A DNA stretch of 31,227 nucleotides from contig CP070751.1 in NCBI GenBank assembly GCA_020348445.1, forward strand, positions 4,288,527-4,319,753, written 5' to 3'. Source of the DNA: Thermoplasmata archaeon (GTDB lineage Archaea > Thermoplasmatota > Thermoplasmata > GCA-020350865). The notes under the pieces are model-generated. The model ran no database searches and was not told the origin of the DNA. It saw only the letters and a list, made by a program, of their open reading frames with translations. Of this stretch, positions 25,141 to 31,227 are shown one piece after another (position 1 is the stretch's first letter; the number at the start of each line of letters is the position of its first letter). A program made the translations under genes and the position numbers.

Positions 25141-28100
25141 GTGGAGAACGATATCGTGGAACAGAACAACAAGGTAGCCCAAACAGAGGAGATGAAGGCC
25201 TATTTCGACATGTTGGAAACCATGGCCAACGAATGCTACACAATCAGCGAGAAGGCAAGGAGCCAGGGGAAGGATCCCGAGAAGACGGTGGAGATACCCA
25301 AGGCCGAAGACCTGGCTATGAGGGTGGAAAAGCTCCTCGATTTTGAGGGGATAGCCCCCAGAATCAGGGCTCTTTGTGCCAAGTACAACAGGGAGGAAGC
25401 ATCCATAAGAATAGCAAAGGAAATAGCCAAAAGCCAAAATATGAGCCAGGAAAAGGCCCTGGATTTGGCGATCCGTGTTGGTTTGGCGGTGCTCACCGAA
25501 GGCATCCTCGTGGCTCCTTTGGAGGGAGTGGCGGATGTGAAGATTCGAGGTGGCTCTTCACAGTATGTGACTGTTTATTATGCAGGTCCCATCCGCTCGG
25601 CAGGTGGAACAGGACAGGCCATGAGTGTTCTCATCGCTGATGTTGTGAGAAGGGAGCTTGGTATTGGCAGGTACAAGCCCACAAAATCGGAAATCGAGCG
25701 TTATAAGGAGGAGATGGCGCTTTACAAAACTTCACAGTACACCCCGACGAAAGAGGAAATCGAGCTCATAGTGAAAAACTGCCCAATTTGCATAGATGGA
25801 GAGGGTACCGAAGAGGATGAGGTGGCAGGCAACCGTGACTTAAAGCGTGTGGCAACGAACAGGGTAAGAGGCGGTGCATGTCTTGTTCTAGCCGAGGGAC
25901 TTTGTCTTAAGGCCCATAAGATCCAGAAGCATGTTAAGAAACTCAAAATCGACGGCTGGGAGTTCATCGACGAGCTCTCAGGAGTAAAGGTCAGATCAGG
26001 TGAGAACAATGAGAACCAGCGTAAAAAGATCGAGGCCAACTACAAGTTCATCAAGGATATCGTGGCTGGAAGGCCAGTTTTGTGTCACCCCAGCAGGATA
26101 GGCGGCTTTCGGCTCAGGTACGGAAGGAGCAGGGCTGGAGGACTTGCAGCAATTTCCATTCACCCTGCGGCCATGACCATATTGGATGATTTCATCTCAG
26201 TGGGGACACAGATTAAGATAGAAAGGCCAGGGAAGGCAGGGGCAGTTACTCCCTGCGATTCCATCGAGGGGCCCATTGTGCTTTTGGATTCAGGGGAACT
26301 CATCGAGGTAAATGACGTCGAAACAGCGTTGAATGTCAGGGGAAACGTGAGTAAGATAATAGATTTAGGAGAGGTGCTGATTCCCTTTGGCGAATTCATA
26401 GAAAACAACCACGTTCTCGTCCCTGGGGCTTACTCCAGGGAATGGTGGCTGGCTGAGTTTGCGGAAAGTGGAGGAAATGTAAAGGACCTTCCCGAAAGGC
26501 TCGAAGCCAAGGGGGCCTTCGAACTCTCAGAAAAGTATTCGATTCCCCTTCATCCGGATTTCAACCTCCTGTGGCACGATATCTCCCCAGATGATGTGTG
26601 GTTCCTGAGGGAATTCATACTGAAAAACGGTACGCACGATAATGGGAACTTGGTCTTACCGTTGAATGACAGGCTCAAGGAAGTGCTGGAGAGCCTAGGG
26701 TCACTTCATACTCAGGAAGGCCAGAATCTTATCTTAAATAGATATGTCTATCCAATAATCAGATGTCTGGGTTTGAGAACTAATGGAAAAAAAATCGAGG
26801 ATAGGGCGAACATAACAGGCCGAACCAACGAGCCTCCTTCCGAGGTCCTCCTTTTGGTCTCAAGACTCGCAGGTGTTCTGATCAGAGCCCGGGCCCCCAC
26901 CAGAATCGGTGCGAGAATGGCAAGGCCCGAAAAGGCCAAGGAGCGCAAGATGAGGCCTCCTCCCCATGTGCTGTTTCCACTGGGGGAAAATGGAGGCCCG
27001 CAGAGGCTGGTCTCAGAGGCATTAAAGAAGAGGAACATCACTATAGAGGTTGGATTAAGGCGTTGCCAGAAATGCAAAAAAAGGAACTTTCTTTCCATAT
27101 GTGAGTGTGGTGGTCACACAGTTGCCGTGGACTCTCCAGTAACTCAAAAAATCGATTTTGCCAGGGAGTTAAAAAAGGCGCAGGCAGCCCTTGGCGAGGG
27201 CAACAACCTTGAGATCAAGGGTGTTAGGGGCATGATATCAAAAAACAAGACACCCGAGCCCCTGGAGAAGGGAATATTGAGGTCAAAACATGAAGTCTTT
27301 GTTTTCAAGGACGGCACCATACGTTTTGATATGACGGATGTACCTGTTACGCATGTGAGACTGTCCGAGATCGGGCTGGATGTTACGAAGGCAAGGGAAT
27401 TGGGCTATTTTAAGGACTTCAAAGGTGAGACTCTTGAGAATGAAGAGCAGTTGATAGAGTTAAAGCCTCAGGACATCATTCCATCTATCAAATGCGGGGA
27501 ATATCTTGTTAGGGTATCTAGATTCTTGGACGACCTTTTAACGAAATTCTACGATCAGACGCCCTTTTACAACGCGTATGTTCCAGAGGATCTTATAGGG
27601 CATCTCGTGGTTGGTCTGGCACCCCACACCTCAGGGGGGGTTCTCGCCCGTATAATAGGCTACACAAAGGCCCAGGTGGGATATGCACATCCGTTCTTTC
27701 ATGCAGCTAAGAGGCGGAACTGTGATGGTGACGAGGACTGCGTGATGCTGCTTTTGGATGGTCTTATCGACTTTTCCCGTGCATATCTTCCTGAGTCCAG
27801 GGGCGGCATGATGGATGCCCCCTTGGTTCTGACCACGAGGCTGGATCCGGATGAGATCGATAAAGAGGCGCACAACCTGGATGTATTGTTCAAGTATCCC
27901 CTCGAGTTCTACGAGGCCACCATGCGTTACTCCAACCCAAAGGATGTGGAGGGCCTCATGGATCTTGTGGGTGGGAGAATAGGAAACAAGAACCAGTACG
28001 AGGGCTTTGGGTTCACCCACGACACAAAGAACATAGGTGAAGGGCCACCCCAGTCAGCGTACAAGACCCTCAAGACCATGATGGACAAGATGGAGGGGCA

Positions 28101-28473
28101 GCTTTCCCTTGCCGCGAAGATCCGGGCCGTGGACACTGATGATGTTGTAGCCAGGGTGATCAACAATCACTTTTTGCCTGATATGATTGGTAATCTGAGG
28201 AGATTCTCAACACAGCAGGTGAGATGTACGAAGTGCAACAGGAAATTCAGGCGCCTGCCTTTATCTGGCAAGTGCACAGGTTGCGGTGGAAATCTTACTC
28301 TCACTGTGCATGAGGGCAGTGTCAAGAAGTACCTCAAGGTGAGCAAGGAGATAGTGGAGAGCTACGATATTTCCAATTACACGAGGCAGAGGATACGGTT
28401 GATGGACGGGGCCATATGCTCTCTTTTTGAGAACGAGAAGGTAAAGGAGTGCACTTTGGAGGATTTTTTATAG
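25141..28473 (+). CDS. polC: DNA polymerase D large subunit (DP2), intein-free
   Basis: AVRxGLAxLTEGILVAPLEG, YYAGPIRSAGGT, GFRLRYGRSR, HAAKRRNCDGDED catalytic motif, two C-terminal Zn sites and terminal TLEDFL. The start could be a downstream ATG (25189). Confidence 0.98.
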   Translation: MENDIVEQNNKVAQTEEMKAYFDMLETMANECYTISEKARSQGKDPEKTVEIPKAEDLAMRVEKLLDFEGIAPRIRALCAKYNREEASIRIAKEIAKSQNMSQEKALDLAIRVGLAVLTEGILVAPLEGVADVKIRGGSSQYVTVYYAGPIRSAGGTGQAMSVLIADVVRRELGIGRYKPTKSEIERYKEEMALYKTSQYTPTKEEIELIVKNCPICIDGEGTEEDEVAGNRDLKRVATNRVRGGACLVLAEGLCLKAHKIQKHVKKLKIDGWEFIDELSGVKVRSGENNENQRKKIEANYKFIKDIVAGRPVLCHPSRIGGFRLRYGRSRAGGLAAISIHPAAMTILDDFISVGTQIKIERPGKAGAVTPCDSIEGPIVLLDSGELIEVNDVETALNVRGNVSKIIDLGEVLIPFGEFIENNHVLVPGAYSREWWLAEFAESGGNVKDLPERLEAKGAFELSEKYSIPLHPDFNLLWHDISPDDVWFLREFILKNGTHDNGNLVLPLNDRLKEVLESLGSLHTQEGQNLILNRYVYPIIRCLGLRTNGKKIEDRANITGRTNEPPSEVLLLVSRLAGVLIRARAPTRIGARMARPEKAKERKMRPPPHVLFPLGENGGPQRLVSEALKKRNITIEVGLRRCQKCKKRNFLSICECGGHTVAVDSPVTQKIDFARELKKAQAALGEGNNLEIKGVRGMISKNKTPEPLEKGILRSKHEVFVFKDGTIRFDMTDVPVTHVRLSEIGLDVTKARELGYFKDFKGETLENEEQLIELKPQDIIPSIKCGEYLVRVSRFLDDLLTKFYDQTPFYNAYVPEDLIGHLVVGLAPHTSGGVLARIIGYTKAQVGYAHPFFHAAKRRNCDGDEDCVMLLLDGLIDFSRAYLPESRGGMMDAPLVLTTRLDPDEIDKEAHNLDVLFKYPLEFYEATMRYSNPKDVEGLMDLVGGRIGNKNQYEGFGFTHDTKNIGEGPPQSAYKTLKTMMDKMEGQLSLAAKIRAVDTDDVVARVINNHFLPDMIGNLRRFSTQQVRCTKCNRKFRRLPLSGKCTGCGGNLTLTVHEGSVKKYLKVSKEIVESYDISNYTRQRIRLMDGAICSLFENEKVKECTLEDFL
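28381..28473 (+). repeat. polC 3' end, first copy of a 93-nt direct repeat (second copy 29809-29901)
   Basis: 79/93 nt identical by manual codon alignment, including an identical 20-nt core ATGGACGGGGCCATATGCTC (28402-28421 / 29830-29849). Confidence 0.95.
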
Positions 28474-28519
28474 AGAAACTCACCCTCCCTTTGATTTTTA
28501 ATGATACAATTTCAGTTTT

Positions 28520-29692
28520 TTAAATGTTTTTATAACCTTTTGACAGCCATGCTCTAAAAACACCGTCTACCAGCTCATATCTTCCTCTTTCTATTCGATT
28601 TAAGGTCAGGGAGTCGCGCAGTAATTTTATGTCTTTGCCGAGTTCGTTTACAGAAAGATCCATTGCATATGCGATCTCAGAAACCCTCATACTTTCCTTT
28701 GTTGAAAGAGCTTTTAGGATCCGCTGCTGTTTATTAGAAAAGCTGTGCTCGAATCTCATCTCAAATTCGGAGTCGAATTCTGCGAGCATTTCGTTGAAAC
28801 CTAAAATAACATCTTTGTTTTTGATCGTTTTCTTCTTGTTCATAATCGCATTGCGATAGCAGATATCTCCAAGCTTCTGGAAATAAAATGGAATTCCCGA
28901 GGTCAGTTCGCATATGCTGTTTATTGCTTCTTCCTCGATTTTCATGTTAAACTCTGCAAGTCTTTTTGATATGAATTTTTTAATATCCGTAACCTCAAGA
29001 GGACCGATATTGATTCTCGTGGCCATAAGGTAAAGTGGTGAGTTTGGCTGAAGAAAAACTTTTTGAAGAATGGAAAGGGATGAGCCCGAGAAAATGTATC
29101 TCACCGCCTTAGCTCTATCTGTTTTGCTTTTCAGGAGGTTGAAAAGATAACCGTCGAAATCGGCAGTTCTTTGAAATTCATCGAAAATAACCACAATCTT
29201 GACGTTCTTCTCCATGGCAAATTCCGTTATAAAATCGAATGTTTTTCTCGCCAGTTCATGTTCATCTATTTGCCTCTCTCTAAAGGATATGTATCCCTCC
29301 ACCACATTCTGCACAGAGCCCCCGATTTTTTCTATTCTATGCATCACATTAATGATACTATCGGTAAGGCTCTTTTTAAAAACCTCCACAAATCCTTTAG
29401 CCTTATGCCTTCTTTCGTAGGATGATAATAAGTTCTCGGTCACGAGTTTGAGCAGCTCAAGATATGTTGTGACCTCCATACAATTGATGTTTATTACAAG
29501 AATATCCTTGCGCTTAACTAAGCGCATTTCGACGTTTTTCAAAAGAGAGGATTTTCCTGTTCTCCTTGGGCCAACAATCAAATAATTTTGAGATAGGGAA
29601 CTTATGCCCCTTAAGACCTCACTCAGGACATCATCCCTTCCTATGAAGTAGGGGGGCTCCACTTCTCCGCCAACCTGAAACGGTGCTGACAT
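28520..29692 (-). CDS. Archaeal P-loop ATPase (ATPase_2/STAND-like) with C-terminal winged helix
   Basis: FIGR, Walker A GPRRTGKSS, Walker B VVIFDEFQ, FSGSS, GIPFY, and wHTH-like RVSEIAYAM...GRYELVDGVFRAWL. Confidence 0.9.
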   Translation of the reverse strand: MSAPFQVGGEVEPPYFIGRDDVLSEVLRGISSLSQNYLIVGPRRTGKSSLLKNVEMRLVKRKDILVININCMEVTTYLELLKLVTENLLSSYERRHKAKGFVEVFKKSLTDSIINVMHRIEKIGGSVQNVVEGYISFRERQIDEHELARKTFDFITEFAMEKNVKIVVIFDEFQRTADFDGYLFNLLKSKTDRAKAVRYIFSGSSLSILQKVFLQPNSPLYLMATRINIGPLEVTDIKKFISKRLAEFNMKIEEEAINSICELTSGIPFYFQKLGDICYRNAIMNKKKTIKNKDVILGFNEMLAEFDSEFEMRFEHSFSNKQQRILKALSTKESMRVSEIAYAMDLSVNELGKDIKLLRDSLTLNRIERGRYELVDGVFRAWLSKGYKNI

Positions 29693-29713
29693 GAACCTAA
29701 AATAAACTTTTTA

Positions 29714-29775
29714 GTTTATAAACTTTTTCTCTTAGTTTTTTTGTAAGAGAATTCGTTTATAAACCTTTTTTCTTA
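29714..29775 (-). promoter_or_regulatory. Two tandem BRE-TATA-like 21-nt repeats upstream of the ATPase
   Basis: gtttataaactttttctctta (29714-29734) and gtttataaaccttttttctta (29755-29775), 19/21 identical; on the minus strand each reads purine run + TTTATAAA. The proximal TATA is about 30 nt from ATG 29692. Confidence 0.7.
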
Positions 29776-29808
29776 TAAATTCCTAGGGACGGGGATGTTT
29801 ACGATCAA

Positions 29809-29901
29809 ACCAAACAGAGGACACGCCTTATGGACGGGGCCATATGCTCCCTTTTCGAGAACGAGAAGGTGAGGGAGTGCACTCTGGAGGATTTTCTTTA
29901 G
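29809..29901 (+). pseudogene. Orphan polC 3' fragment (TKQRTRLMDGAICSLFENEKVRECTLEDFL*)
   Basis: 27/30 aa identical to the DP2 C-terminus, own TAG stop, followed by a T-tract. Confidence 0.85.
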
Positions 29902-29981
29902 ATGTTTTTTTTCATTTCGATATTTATTTAAGCCTGTAACTTGATTCGGGCCACAGATCAACTGATTTGGGGGAGGTAATC

Positions 29982-31227
29982 ATGGATAAGAAAAGAATGA
30001 GAATATCATCTATTTTTTTTGTGTGGATACTAATATGTGCGGTTTTTATGGGAATGTTGAGTGTAGTAGAGAATGTGGAGGCATCGCCTAATGAGGTGAG
30101 GATAACTTGGGATGATGCTGATCAGCGTGATCCAGATATTTGGGGGGATATAATTGTGTGGACTGACTTTAAAACAGGCAATGGTGATATTTACATGTAT
30201 GATTTAAACAAGAAAACGAAAACAAGGGTCACCTCAAATTTATTTATCCAAGATTTTCCTGCGATATATGGCGATAGAATTGTTTGGGCAGATGATAGAA
30301 ATGCAAACTTAGACATCTACCTATATAACATAAGCGAAGGGACAGAGATGCAAATAACTAATAATAGTAGTAGCCAGAACTACCCCTCAATATATTATGA
30401 TAAGATCGTTTGGGAGGACGAGAGAAACGGTAATTGTGATATATATTTATATAATCTGAGCAATAGAACAGAGATCCCGATTTGTACTGCCATGTCTGAT
30501 CAGAGATTACCAGATATCTACGGAAATACAATTGTATGGATGGATTTTAGAAATAGCAGTTCCAATTGGGACGTTTATATGTACGATTTGATCTCAAATA
30601 CAGAAAAAAGAATAACTAATAAAACATTATTACAAATGGCGCCTGCTATCTATGATGATAAGATTGTATGGATGGACACAAGAGACCTTCACTGGGCTGT
30701 CTATATGTATGAATTGAATGATGGCACGATTAGGAAGATTAGTACGAACTCATCAGAAAGTTGGTTTCCAAAAATATATGAGGACAAGATTGTATGGTAT
30801 GATGAGAGAAACCTCAATTGGGACATCTACTTATTTGATTTGAGCACAAATACTGAGACGCAGATCACTACAGATACAAAAGCACAGCAGTTCCCAGCTA
30901 TCCACGATGACAAGATTGTATGGCAAGACGAAAGAAACGGTAACCCTGATATCTATTTGACATATATAGATCAAGATAATGATGGAGTTTATGGTTGGAA
31001 TGATGAGTTTCCTAACAATCCATATGAGTACGTAGACACAGATTCCGATGGCATGGGTGACAATCTAGATCCAGATGCAGATAACGACGGTTGGGGCGAT
31101 GAAACAGAGGTTGTATGTGGAAGCAATCCATTAGATAATTCCTCAGTTCCGATAGATTGGGACAATGATCTCAATCCCGATGTTCTTGACACAGATGATG
31201 ATAACGATGGTTATCCAGACATAAATG
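29982..31227 (+). CDS. Secreted beta-propeller protein (Methanosarcina surface-protein-type repeats) plus TSP3-like repeats; 3' end outside window
   Basis: GGAGGT RBS; signal peptide MDKKRMRISSIFFVWILICAVFMGML; seven QxxPxIxxDxIVWxDxRNxNxDIYxYxL-like repeats; then DQDNDG/DTDSDG/DADNDG repeats; no in-frame stop seen before the edge. Confidence 0.9.
   Translation, partial: MDKKRMRISSIFFVWILICAVFMGMLSVVENVEASPNEVRITWDDADQRDPDIWGDIIVWTDFKTGNGDIYMYDLNKKTKTRVTSNLFIQDFPAIYGDRIVWADDRNANLDIYLYNISEGTEMQITNNSSSQNYPSIYYDKIVWEDERNGNCDIYLYNLSNRTEIPICTAMSDQRLPDIYGNTIVWMDFRNSSSNWDVYMYDLISNTEKRITNKTLLQMAPAIYDDKIVWMDTRDLHWAVYMYELNDGTIRKISTNSSESWFPKIYEDKIVWYDERNLNWDIYLFDLSTNTETQITTDTKAQQFPAIHDDKIVWQDERNGNPDIYLTYIDQDNDGVYGWNDEFPNNPYEYVDTDSDGMGDNLDPDADNDGWGDETEVVCGSNPLDNSSVPIDWDNDLNPDVLDTDDDNDGYPDIN

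Larger units (their letters stand above)
28402..29849. mobile_element. Putative integrated islet at the polC 3' end carrying one ATPase gene (no integrase present)
   Basis: Bounded by direct repeats of the polC 3' end. The mechanism of insertion is inferred, not observed. Confidence 0.45.

Noticed and set aside
25141-28473. Intein in DP2
   Set aside because: Length of 1110 aa fits an intein-free protein; the catalytic region is contiguous with no LAGLIDADG or HN-C/S/T junction motifs.

Overview
Archaeal chromosomal window, most likely an uncultured Thermoplasmata-type lineage (inference from gene content and protein style). Housekeeping genes (rpl18a/LX-pfdA-ftsY, methanogenesis-marker-11-family gene, MBL hydrolase, tRNA-Val, dinB, GT2/Trm112/UDP-glucose dehydrogenase, polC/DP2) alternate with large modular secreted or surface proteins. 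Two of these run off the window edges and are absent from the ORF track: a >1678-aa PQQ-propeller/Ig/PKD/Kelch/VWA protein at 1-5035 (-) and a beta-propeller/TSP3 protein at 29982->31227 (+). Most notable observations: (1) the last 93 nt of polC are duplicated 1428 nt downstream with mostly synonymous divergence, bracketing a lone ATPase-wHTH gene, which looks like an islet inserted at the polC 3' end; (2) a tRNA-Val(CAC) with two non-canonical introns (D-loop and T-loop) has an exact 18-nt copy of its own 5' end 165 nt upstream, behind the best TATA box; (3) ribosomal protein L18Ae/LX carries a ~125-aa lysine-rich tail; (4) one PKD domain appears split by inserted Kelch and VWA domains; (5) an 83-nt strand-specific hairpin lies upstream of dinB. 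No CRISPR array, integrase, transposase or intein was seen. All family assignments come from motif recognition by eye, not database searches.
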